This document shows positions 52,754 to 61,876 of a stretch of DNA of 64,000 bases, one piece after another. The stretch is taken from contig OX638351.1 in NCBI GenBank assembly GCA_951813565.1, forward strand, positions 2,176,001-2,240,000, in the 5' to 3' direction. The position numbers and the translations under genes were made by a program. The stretch is from an uncultured Poribacteria bacterium. Lineage in GTDB: Bacteria > Poribacteria > WGA-4E > WGA-3G. Position 1 is the first letter of the stretch. Every line of letters begins with the position of its first letter. The notes beneath the pieces are model-generated. The model was not told the DNA's origin. It saw only the letters and a program-made list of their open reading frames with translations, and did no database searches.

Positions 52754-53413
52754 ATGAAAGAGAGTTGGCAAAACCTCATTGATCTCGTTGTGAAGCCGAG
52801 TGCTACATTTGAACGTCTTAAATCCAATCCGAAGTGGGTCGTGGCATTTGTCCTGTTTTTTTTACTTTCTATTGGGTTGACTTGGGCAAATTCACCGTTT
52901 ATAGAACGACTCATGTCCCTATTGCAACCTGATGTTGCTGCAACAATTTCCTTCAAATCTTATGTGGTAAAAGGTTCTATTGTTGTGGTTTTCTGGTGCA
53001 TTATACTAAGTAGTGTATTCACTTTCGCGGCACGAGTTTTCAAAATAAACCCAGCATTAAAATTTAAACATATTTTTGCTGCTATTGTGCATACCTCGTT
53101 GATTGGAACCCTAATATATTTGGTCAATATAGGTTTGTTTCCACTTTTTAGGCAGCTTGAGGATATTAATAGACCAATCGATATGAAACTGATCCCAGGA
53201 TTACACATGTTAGCGGGATCAATGGAAAATGCACATATTCTAACGTTTCTGAGTCATATAAACCCCTTGAGTGTGTGGTATATCGCTATCTTGACAATCG
53301 CTGTTGCAATTCTCGCGGAAGTGAGTCGAGTTAAGGCGTGTTTTACAGCACTAACCATCTTTCTTATTAGAATTGGCACTGAGATTCTGTTTTTTAATCT
53401 AACTTTCTACTAA
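52754..53413 (+). CDS. Yip1-domain membrane protein
   Basis: KPSATFE.L...PKW, INPL.VW and several TM helices. Confidence 0.75.
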   Translation: MKESWQNLIDLVVKPSATFERLKSNPKWVVAFVLFFLLSIGLTWANSPFIERLMSLLQPDVAATISFKSYVVKGSIVVVFWCIILSSVFTFAARVFKINPALKFKHIFAAIVHTSLIGTLIYLVNIGLFPLFRQLEDINRPIDMKLIPGLHMLAGSMENAHILTFLSHINPLSVWYIAILTIAVAILAEVSRVKACFTALTIFLIRIGTEILFFNLTFY

Positions 53414-53568
53414 ACGTATTCAATATTACCGGAATAGTTATCAGTAAAGAGAATTTTGCGAGAATTAAAAGGCACTTTAACTAACACCGAGCACTGTCTT
53501 CAAATATAGGCGGACATCTGAAAGTTGAGCCAACCTATTTTTCGGCAGATAGGTGAAGGAGAAAATTA

Positions 53569-56500
53569 ATGAGCACCAGGGAAAATTATGCAGAATTACA
53601 GACAAGGATTTTAGACGCGCGGCGTGTGTGGAAACGCAGCCTCTTCTGGACAGGAGCTGCTATTGTACTGATAGGATTCTTAGCGATTCTGGTTGGAGAA
53701 TCAATCGTTGATTGGCTGATGCCGCTGCCAAGTGTCGTACGTATTGCACTGCTTGCGGGTATCGTCGGCGCAACACTCTATCTACTTTACAAATACCTTA
53801 TTCAACCGATGAGAGCCTCACTTACCCTCCGAGATGTTGCGCTCAATGTTGAAGAAAGCCATCCTAATCTTGAGGATAGGCTTGTTAGTGCTGTACAATT
53901 TGGTGACCGCGAATCTAATGACCCAGTTGAAGCACACATGCTTCAGCGGTTGCTTGAAGATACGACACAACGGATAAAAGGTATTGATTTCAAAGCAACC
54001 ATTGACCATAGCCGGACGCGGAAGTATGTTGGTATTGCAACTTTAGTTATTGCAGCGTGTGGTTTACTTACGCTTCTGTTTCCTACCGAAACACATACCA
54101 GCCTTATGCGGATATTTGCGCCGTGGGAAAAAACTGACCCGATTTTGACGACCAAGGTTAATGTTACACCTGGCGATGCTCGTATCCTAAGCGGAAAAAG
54201 TCTGCCTATTGAAGTTACCGTCACTGGCAAGGATGCGGAAAAAGTTGTCTTGACGTATTATAGCAAAGATATGCCGCCTACTGCAGAAAACGCAGGTAGC
54301 AAACAAGAAATTAATATGGTGCAGAATCCGGAGGATAAACGCGGATTTGCTTATGAGATTTTCAATGTTGACGCGGATATGGAATACTATGTTGTAGCCA
54401 ATGAAACGACATCTGAACGCTATACAGTAGAAGTTTTTGAAATGCCGCGGGTGGAAGAGATTTCCGTTGCCTATACCTATCCTGAATATACAAATCTCAA
54501 GCCGGTTGTCCAGCAAGGAAGTGGAGACATTCAAGCAGTTGTCGGCACGACCGCAGAACTCAGAATCACTGCTAATAAGGCTATCCAAACAGCAACACTT
54601 ACACACCAAAATTCAGAATCTGAAGATGTAACTGAAGCAGAGGTTGCAGCTGAAGCGGTTACTTTAAAATCCTCAGAAATGGTCATTGCGGACGGTAATA
54701 TACTCACGAAAACTTTAGAAGTTAGTGAAGATGGAAAATATACTGTTGAACTTCTTTGTATTGATGGGTTCAATAATGAAGTGCCGATTGAGTATACTAT
54801 CAAAGCAATGCCAGATAATGCCCCTGAAGTGGTTATCAAAGAACCCGGCCGTGACGTGAATGCAACAAAATTGGAAGAGGTGAAAATTGTCGCTGAGGCA
54901 ACAGACGACTATGGTGTTGAACAGTTTAACTTAATGTATCGTATCGGTGCTGGCGAATTGAAAGAACTTGCCTTAGAATCTATAAGCAAACCTGTAGCAG
55001 AAGGTGCTGATGTGAGATACAGTAAACACAACCGAGTTGGCACCTATACCTTTTATCTGGAGGAATTTGATGTAGAACCGGGTGAGGTCATCTCTTACTA
55101 TGCTCATGCTACTGACAATAACACACTTACAGGACCGGGTGAAGCAAGCAGTGAGATTTACTTCATAGAAGTAGCCCCCTTCAATCGAAGACTTGAAGAG
55201 GGAGGAGAATGCGAAGTCGGTACGCCGAATCCATTCCTTGCGTTAATCGCTTCCCAGAAGCAGGTTATCCGAGAAACGTGGAAGCACATTAACGCAGAAC
55301 CTTCAACACTTACAGAAGAATACACGTCTGTAGTTAAGAAAACTGGTGAGAAGCAAGGTGAGGTGAAGGATAGAACGCAGCGGGTAACAGACGAACTTAG
55401 CGCTGATATGCAAGAATTGCAGGTCGACCCAGAAATCATGATGAACCTTGAAGAGGCAATTGATAAAATGGACGAAGCAAAAGGCAAACTTGATGCTATT
55501 CAACCGCAAGTAGCAATCCCACCAGAACAAGCTGCGCTTGAACTGCTCATCAAAGTCAATCTCGAAATTCCCAAAGTGCTTAATCAAGCGAGGCAAAGTG
55601 AGCCGGGACTTGCTGAGAACTTTGAATTGGAATTAGAAGAGTTGCAAAACGAGCTTGAGCAGAATCAAGAAGAACTTGAACGCGAGCTGCAAGAACAGAC
55701 GCAGCAAATGTTAGATCAAGCACGCGAAATGCTGGCACAACAACAAGGCCTGAATCAACAAAGCCAGCAAATGAGCAAAGAAAATCAACCTTCTCCAAGT
55801 GACATGCAACAGAACAGTCAACAACAAGGGCAGCTATCACAGCAAGCGCAGCAGATGTCAGAACAACTCGGTCAAATGCAAGGTAATGCGCAAGGCACGC
55901 AAGAACAACGCTTAGGTCAAGCTGGGCAAGCCATGCAACAGGCAGGCGAACAGATGCAACAAGCTTCGCAAGGCATGCAACAGCAGCAACCCCAAATGAG
56001 TGCCGCTAAAGGTGAAAAGGCGGAAGAAAGGCTTGAACAAGCCATTGATCAACTTGAAAGAGCCTCCGCTGAATTCACAGATAATGCGTTAGAGCGCGCT
56101 TCCCAACAACTCCAACAGTTGACTGCGGAGCAATCTGATGTTCAACAGCAGACGCAGGAACTGCAGAAAAGATCAGAGCAATCTGGCATGCGTCCCGAAG
56201 ATTATCGCCAAGCCTCTGAACTCGCAAATCAGCAGCGTCAGCTTCAACAAGACTTAGAGTCGGTTGAAAACAATTTGAGTAATCTTCAGCAACAACTTAG
56301 TCAAGAAAATCCTGAGGCCTCCCAAAACGTCTCAGATGCCTCAAGAAGGCTCTCGGAAGAACAAACTGCGGAAGACATGGCAACAGCGCAGCGCGCATTG
56401 CAGTGGCGCAGTTTACAGTCCGCAGACCTGAATCAGCAAGAGGTAATAGAGACATTAGAGCAGGCACAAGCTGATCTTCAACAGGCAAGAGCCAATATGG

Positions 56501-57099
56501 CACAAACTGAAGAGGAACAACTTGAAGCTGCCCTGGAACAACTTCAAAGCTTTGAAGAACAGATGCAAGATATGCAGCGTGAAAGTCAAGCGATGGAGGG
56601 ACAGGAGCAGACAGAGGAACAACAACAGCGAGAGCAGCAACTCGCTGAACAACAACAGCAGCTTCTGGAACGGATGCAGCAGGCACAGCAGGCTATGGAA
56701 AATGCTCAGCAAGGACAACAACCCGGACAGGAAGGACAAGAGGGACAACAGCCTGGACAAGAGGGACAACAGCCTGGACAAGAGGGACAACAGCCTGGAC
56801 AACAAGGGCAAGGCGAAAATGAAAATGACTTGGCGCGCGGCGGTGCTGAATCCTATCAGGAAATTAAAGAGTTGTGGCTCGGTATGCTTGATGCTATGCA
56901 GACCCCTCCGGGCAATCGTTCGCGTCCCGCCCCGAAATATGAACTCGTTATCCGTGATCTGCAGAAACTGGAGTCTGCTATAGAAGAACGACTCAATATG
57001 CTTCAAGAGATAAAACAGTTGGCGCAGGTTGCGAAAGAGGATGTCCCGCCTGAATATCGTAGACTTGTTGATAACTATTACGAGTCTTTAGCGAAATAG
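53569..57099 (+). CDS. DUF4175-like large membrane-anchored coiled-coil protein
   Basis: P.LEDRLVSAV, YPEYT, D..PEV, ATDDYG, Q-rich helices and VPPEYR.LV.NYY.SL. Confidence 0.75.
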   Translation: MSTRENYAELQTRILDARRVWKRSLFWTGAAIVLIGFLAILVGESIVDWLMPLPSVVRIALLAGIVGATLYLLYKYLIQPMRASLTLRDVALNVEESHPNLEDRLVSAVQFGDRESNDPVEAHMLQRLLEDTTQRIKGIDFKATIDHSRTRKYVGIATLVIAACGLLTLLFPTETHTSLMRIFAPWEKTDPILTTKVNVTPGDARILSGKSLPIEVTVTGKDAEKVVLTYYSKDMPPTAENAGSKQEINMVQNPEDKRGFAYEIFNVDADMEYYVVANETTSERYTVEVFEMPRVEEISVAYTYPEYTNLKPVVQQGSGDIQAVVGTTAELRITANKAIQTATLTHQNSESEDVTEAEVAAEAVTLKSSEMVIADGNILTKTLEVSEDGKYTVELLCIDGFNNEVPIEYTIKAMPDNAPEVVIKEPGRDVNATKLEEVKIVAEATDDYGVEQFNLMYRIGAGELKELALESISKPVAEGADVRYSKHNRVGTYTFYLEEFDVEPGEVISYYAHATDNNTLTGPGEASSEIYFIEVAPFNRRLEEGGECEVGTPNPFLALIASQKQVIRETWKHINAEPSTLTEEYTSVVKKTGEKQGEVKDRTQRVTDELSADMQELQVDPEIMMNLEEAIDKMDEAKGKLDAIQPQVAIPPEQAALELLIKVNLEIPKVLNQARQSEPGLAENFELELEELQNELEQNQEELERELQEQTQQMLDQAREMLAQQQGLNQQSQQMSKENQPSPSDMQQNSQQQGQLSQQAQQMSEQLGQMQGNAQGTQEQRLGQAGQAMQQAGEQMQQASQGMQQQQPQMSAAKGEKAEERLEQAIDQLERASAEFTDNALERASQQLQQLTAEQSDVQQQTQELQKRSEQSGMRPEDYRQASELANQQRQLQQDLESVENNLSNLQQQLSQENPEASQNVSDASRRLSEEQTAEDMATAQRALQWRSLQSADLNQQEVIETLEQAQADLQQARANMAQTEEEQLEAALEQLQSFEEQMQDMQRESQAMEGQEQTEEQQQREQQLAEQQQQLLERMQQAQQAMENAQQGQQPGQEGQEGQQPGQEGQQPGQEGQQPGQQGQGENENDLARGGAESYQEIKELWLGMLDAMQTPPGNRSRPAPKYELVIRDLQKLESAIEERLNMLQEIKQLAQVAKEDVPPEYRRLVDNYYESLAK
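56737..56799 (+). repeat. Perfect 21-bp coding tandem repeat x3
   Basis: CAAGAGGGACAACAGCCTGGA (QEGQQPG). Confidence 0.92.
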
Positions 57100-57415
57100 G
57101 TAGGTTCTGACACGCTAACCATTCAATAGGGACAATGCGGGAAGAATCCGGTTGTCCCTACAATATTTTCTGGTAGGTCGGTTGCCTAACTGCACCACGT
57201 CATAAGCATCAACTTAGCGGACTCAACCCTGGTAGGTGCGGTTTCTAACCGCACCGGACTTACGCAAGTTTGCTCAAAGTAATCAGTAAAACATGACATA
57301 TTTGTAGGAGCGCTTTGTCCGCGCGATATATCGGCGTTGCAAACGCCTCCTACAAGAGTGTTTTCGGACAATACATAATTTTGGTAGACATAGTTATTGA
57401 TAATGGAGGAGGACT

Positions 57416-58231
57416 ATGGAACGACCTTTTATTGTTAAGCCCGGCGATAATATTAGTCTGGACGGGGTAGGAAACGGATGTACCCCCGAATATACAGGGG
57501 CTTATCGAAAAAAGGGTGAAACGAAAAAACCGTTGAAGAAACTACATAAACAGATGCTCAAACTTCAGGAGTTGCTTTACGCAGAGAGTCAACACGCGCT
57601 TCTGATTATCCTGCAAGGCATGGATACATGCGGCAAGGATGGTACTATCCGGAAGGTAATGGCTGGTATTAACGTACAGGGTTGTGATGTAGTTAATTTC
57701 AAAGTCCCTTCAGCAGATGAGGTTTCTCGCGATTTTTTATGGCGCGCCCACAAAGCCGTTCCACAGAAAGGAAAAATCGGAATTTTCAACCGTTCGCATT
57801 ATGAGGATGTACTTGTTGTTCGTGTGCATGATCTTGTGCCAAAATCGGTTTGGAAACAACGTTACCAGCAGATTAACGACTTTGAAAAAATGCTGGTTGA
57901 AAACGGCACGGTTGTCCTAAAATTTTTCCTACATATCTCAAAAGACGAACAGAAAGAACGTCTCGAATCCCGAATCAACGACCCGTCAAAGCATTGGAAA
58001 ATCACCGAAGCCGATATTCGCGAACGCGCTTATTGGGATGATTACATGCAGGCGTACGAAGCAGTCCTCCAAAAATGTAGTACCGATTGGGCACCGTGGT
58101 ATATTATACCTGCAAATAAAAAATGGTATCGGAATCTTGTTATCACGGAACGCATTGTTGAAACACTTGAGGGGTTAGACATGAAATTCCCCAAACCCAC
58201 TTCTGATGTGTCAATATTTTCTGTGGACTAA
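57416..58231 (+). CDS. ppk2: Polyphosphate kinase 2 family
   Basis: QGMDTCGKDGT Walker A, FNRSHYEDVL, KFFLHISK.EQ and APW..IPA..KWYR motifs. Confidence 0.92.
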   Translation: MERPFIVKPGDNISLDGVGNGCTPEYTGAYRKKGETKKPLKKLHKQMLKLQELLYAESQHALLIILQGMDTCGKDGTIRKVMAGINVQGCDVVNFKVPSADEVSRDFLWRAHKAVPQKGKIGIFNRSHYEDVLVVRVHDLVPKSVWKQRYQQINDFEKMLVENGTVVLKFFLHISKDEQKERLESRINDPSKHWKITEADIRERAYWDDYMQAYEAVLQKCSTDWAPWYIIPANKKWYRNLVITERIVETLEGLDMKFPKPTSDVSIFSVD

Positions 58232-58272
58232 TACCAATTAACCCGATTTGTAGCGCGAGGTCTCTGTGCCTC

Positions 58273-58313
58273 GCAATTAACTTTATCAGAAAACTTCTGA
58301 TAAAGTTAATTGC
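58273..58313. repeat. Perfect 19-bp AT-rich palindrome
   Basis: GCAATTAACTTTATCAGAA-AAC-TTCTGATAAAGTTAATTGC. Confidence 0.85.
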
Positions 58314-58337
58314 TATAACATAAATGGAAATCCTACT

Positions 58338-58634
58338 GTGAAATTCAATCTCTTGAGCGATAATAAAAAAATCGTAGACACAATAATGTTGGTAGGTTCA
58401 CTACTAATTTGCGTTGGAGTAATAATGCAGATTGCGAGTATTGCAGCAAATCATTCTTTATGGTTTTTAGGACTGGGGGCACTCGTAGCCTTCTGGAGTG
58501 CTTTTTCTCAAATATTCGTGAAAGCGAAGAAGTCTGATATCAATCCTCCAAAGGTTATCGCAAACATCTCATTTTTGATTTTGGTTGTTTTCTGGGGAAT
58601 ATTTTTAACGTGGATATATGCGATAACACAGTAG
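58338..58634 (+). CDS. Small 3-TM hypothetical protein
   Basis: Three hydrophobic helices; fills the intergenic gap. Confidence 0.5.
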   Translation: MKFNLLSDNKKIVDTIMLVGSLLICVGVIMQIASIAANHSLWFLGLGALVAFWSAFSQIFVKAKKSDINPPKVIANISFLILVVFWGIFLTWIYAITQ

Positions 58635-58687
58635 TTTTTACTGTTATGTTCATGTATTTTTGGTATTGAAGGAATAAGGGACATTTG

Positions 58688-59467
58688 ATGCTTTCAACCA
58701 AACAGTTAAAGCAATTTGAAGAAGAGGGATATCTGCTACTTTCAGGTTTGATTCCGAAAGACATTATCGTCCAAGCGGAACAAGCAATGTGGCATTCGAT
58801 GGGTATGGATGCGGATGATCATGACACATGGGAACACTTCCAACGACCATTTCTCACCGGTTTTTACATAGAAAACATGTCAAACGAAAAGCGCATTGAG
58901 CTTTTCGGCTTAACGCATCCAGATATATTGGCGTGTTGCACACCAGATTATCTTACCGTCCTTAATCAACTCGCTGAAAGATATCCGAAAATTCCACACT
59001 GTAAAAGCAAGCATCCAGATGGTATCTGGGCGATGAATCAATTCCCTATTTCTGCTGAGTGGAATGCACCTTCCCCTCACCTTGATGGATACTCAAGGGA
59101 TTTACGGTTAGATCCGGGGACTTTTCGAGCATCAAGTTTAACCTATCTTACCGATGCCAATTCCCATCAAGGAACAACAATGATATGGCCCGAAGGCCCA
59201 CAAAGAATTCGGGAGTTCCGTAAAAAGAATCCAAATTTTTCAAACAATGTCCGGTCTATGCTCACACAGTTACCAAAGATAGATTTAGGTGAACCGATGG
59301 AAGTTGTGGCTAAACAAGGTGATGTGTTGCTTTTTCATCACCTACTCCCGCATTCCAACACATTAAATGTTGGCACTTCCCCACGCTTCGCAATTCGGTT
59401 TATGTGTTTATGTTTTGATTGTCGCGCATGGCAGAAAAGAGGGGAGTGGAATATCTGGATGCCGTAG
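58688..59467 (+). CDS. PhyH-family Fe/2OG oxygenase
   Basis: F.EEGYL, PHLD, YLTD, GDV..FHH..PHS and PR motifs. Confidence 0.85.
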   Translation: MLSTKQLKQFEEEGYLLLSGLIPKDIIVQAEQAMWHSMGMDADDHDTWEHFQRPFLTGFYIENMSNEKRIELFGLTHPDILACCTPDYLTVLNQLAERYPKIPHCKSKHPDGIWAMNQFPISAEWNAPSPHLDGYSRDLRLDPGTFRASSLTYLTDANSHQGTTMIWPEGPQRIREFRKKNPNFSNNVRSMLTQLPKIDLGEPMEVVAKQGDVLLFHHLLPHSNTLNVGTSPRFAIRFMCLCFDCRAWQKRGEWNIWMP

Positions 59468-59475
59468 CGAATATT

Positions 59476-59747
59476 AGCGTTGTAGCGTTTGAGCAACTTC
59501 CGAACCCAGTCCGGCGTGCATCCTACAATCTCAGCAACTTCGCGAGGTGTTCGCGGATGTGTGGTATCAGCAAGAAGCCAAATAATATGCCAGTGCGTCC
59601 GTTCAATAGGACATTCACATTCAAGATACCTTTGTTTCAGAACTTCTACTGAAAAGTGAGGGGAAACCCCATGTTTTTTATTTTTCATCTGATCACAATA
59701 ACACATCCAAAAAATAAATGAAAGAACAATCATATTAATATGGTATA
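59476..59747 (-). mobile_element. Partial IS630 copy (one end plus transposase 5' part)
   Basis: Near-identical to 33958-34229. Confidence 0.9.
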
Positions 59748-59824
59748 ACTCATATACAACCGATCTAAGATTCTAATACCAAAAAGATCGCGAACCTTAT
59801 AAACTCGCGATTAAGGAGAAAATA

Positions 59825-60616
59825 ATGAACCAAAATCTATACTACACCAAGTTAAAATCAGCAAGGATGAATATTACGTATCTTATTATGCCGTTTATGT
59901 TAGTTTTTGCACTTACCTTTGCCCTCTTTTTAGTACAAACCGCAATCGCACAAGAAGTTTTAGTGCAAACTGGATTTGAGGAATTCACTTTCGGTGAACC
60001 CCCAACAGATTGGGAGGTCCGAGGTAATCAGATGCAAGTAACAGGCGACACAGTCAAAACCGGTGATAAATCGCTTGGTATTTTAGGTGGCGCGAATGAC
60101 GATAGGGTTGGAGTCGCCATTGAAACCGAAAATCCGATTATATCAGTTGAATTTTGGGTATATATTAAGGGCGCTGGGCGTTCCTTCAATCTCAAAGTCG
60201 TTTCTGCCGATGACATAGCACAAAACGATGGAGGGGTATATCTCAATTGGAATGCAAACGCGACACGTCTTTACAACGGTTCCGCTTGGGTAGCGGTAGA
60301 CGACTTCCCATTTGAAACTTGGAAATATGTCCGAGTTGTTGCCGATGTTGAAAATAGCGTATTTGACTATTACGTCGGAGATGACAGAGACCAAGCACTA
60401 ACTGCTGCACCCAAAACGGACCTTGCTTTTCGTAAACCCGCAACAAACCCTGTTGTCCAGTGGATTGTTTTTCACGTTTATTCCACAGTCGCACAAGGCT
60501 TCGTAGATGATTTATTTGTCTATGAAGGTGCTGAACCAGTGAACCCCGCACCCGTGAATCCAAAAGGAAAACTCACAACATTCTGGGGAGATGTCAAGAA
60601 ACACTCCTCGTTTTGA
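59825..60616 (+). CDS. Secreted jelly-roll-like protein with C-terminal GKLTTFWGDVK motif
   Basis: Signal peptide ending TAIAQ; paralog of 61020..61811. Confidence 0.75.
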   Translation: MNQNLYYTKLKSARMNITYLIMPFMLVFALTFALFLVQTAIAQEVLVQTGFEEFTFGEPPTDWEVRGNQMQVTGDTVKTGDKSLGILGGANDDRVGVAIETENPIISVEFWVYIKGAGRSFNLKVVSADDIAQNDGGVYLNWNANATRLYNGSAWVAVDDFPFETWKYVRVVADVENSVFDYYVGDDRDQALTAAPKTDLAFRKPATNPVVQWIVFHVYSTVAQGFVDDLFVYEGAEPVNPAPVNPKGKLTTFWGDVKKHSSF

Positions 60617-60644
60617 TGCGACAATTTCCTTTATGAATAGTAAT

Positions 60645-60977
60645 TTAACGAGTTGTGCTAAATAACTTTTTGCAACATATTATTTCACATAAGCAGAACG
60701 TTTGTCCGTGTTTCCTACTGGTTGATATGCTCTTCAGTCCCGACAAATGCCATAAGCGCATTTGGCGTTGATTTGGTAGGGACGATATGTTTATAGGAGT
60801 ACGGCAATGACGCCCTCTTTAGTCCCGACAAATGCCATACGGGGAATGCCAAAAGGCATTCATACCGTTGATTTGGCGCATTTGGCGTTGATTTGGTAGG
60901 GACGATATGTTTATATGACAACACCTAATATCTGTGAAAACAACAAAAACAATTAGTTAACTGGCACAAGTCGTTAA
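60645..60977. mobile_element. MITE-like element, family B, with duplicated REP plus 34-bp inserts
   Basis: Ends TTAACGAGTTGTGCTAAATAAC / GTTAACTGGCACAAGTCGTTAA; internal direct repeat at 60730-60796 / 60815-60915. Confidence 0.65.
60742..60775 (+). repeat. 34-bp hairpin micro-element (family: 4149-4182, 18545-18602, 45675-45708, 48842-48874, 60742-60775, 60827-60895, 60841-60875)
   Basis: GACAAATGCCATAAGCGCATTTGGCGTTGATTTG; see findings. Confidence 0.8.
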
Positions 60978-61019
60978 TTTATATAGTAGTTACACGTATA
61001 CGCTATCAAGGAGGAAATA

Positions 61020-61811
61020 ATGGATCAAAATCAATGCCGCATCAAATTAAAATCTGTAGCCACAAAAACTACTCAATTTTTGATGGGATTCATGTTCGCG
61101 ATCGTACTTGTCTTGAGTCTTGCTTTAGGTCAAACTGCCATAGCACAAAAAGTGCTTGTACAAACCGGATTTGAGAAATTCACAGTTGGTAAACCACCAA
61201 AAGATTGGGAGGTCCGAGGAGACGGTTTTGAGGTGACAAACGATACTGTCAAAACTGATAAAAAAGCGCTCGCTATTTTAGCGGGTGCCAATGATGATAG
61301 GGTTGGAATCGCTATAGAAACCGAAAATCCCATCATTTCTGTTGAATTTTGGGTTTACATTGAGGGAGGCGGACGTTCTTTCAATTTCAAAGTTGTATCT
61401 GCTGATAATATTGCACAAAACAATGGTGGCGTTTACCTCAATTGGAATGCCAACACTGTACGTCTTTTTGATGGTGCCGCATGGCAACTCATTGACGACT
61501 TTGATACGGATGAATGGAAATACGTTCGTATCATCGCAGATGTCAGCAAGAGTGAATTTGACTTTTATACCGGTAACGACAGAAACGAGGCGCTGAAAGC
61601 TAAAGCCAAGAAAGGGCTACCTTTTCGAGATGCTGCTGTAAATCCCGTCACTAAATGGGTTGTTTTTCATGTCTATTCTATCGCTGCCCCTGGTTATGTA
61701 GACGATTTACTCGTCTATGAAGGCGACGAACCAGTAAACCTTGCTGTTGATCCGCTCGGAAAACTCACAACTGTTTGGGGACATATCAAGAGAGATACTT
61801 TAGTTCAATAG
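61020..61811 (+). CDS. Secreted jelly-roll-like protein with C-terminal GKLTTVWGHIK motif
   Basis: GGAGG RBS; signal peptide; tandem paralog of 59825..60616. Confidence 0.75.
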   Translation: MDQNQCRIKLKSVATKTTQFLMGFMFAIVLVLSLALGQTAIAQKVLVQTGFEKFTVGKPPKDWEVRGDGFEVTNDTVKTDKKALAILAGANDDRVGIAIETENPIISVEFWVYIEGGGRSFNFKVVSADNIAQNNGGVYLNWNANTVRLFDGAAWQLIDDFDTDEWKYVRIIADVSKSEFDFYTGNDRNEALKAKAKKGLPFRDAAVNPVTKWVVFHVYSIAAPGYVDDLLVYEGDEPVNLAVDPLGKLTTVWGHIKRDTLVQ

Positions 61812-61876
61812 AGAGGTTACTTAACCTTTAGGTTTAGATAGAGGCTTTGTTGAAACGTGTTCAAAGGAGAATAATT

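Noticed and set aside
56297..57006. Leu/Ser-rich and other overlapping ORFs
   Set aside because: Alternative frames of the Gln-rich coding repeat.
60730..60915. CRISPR-like direct repeats
   Set aside because: Only two units, explained by REP plus 34-bp inserts; no regular spacers or cas genes.
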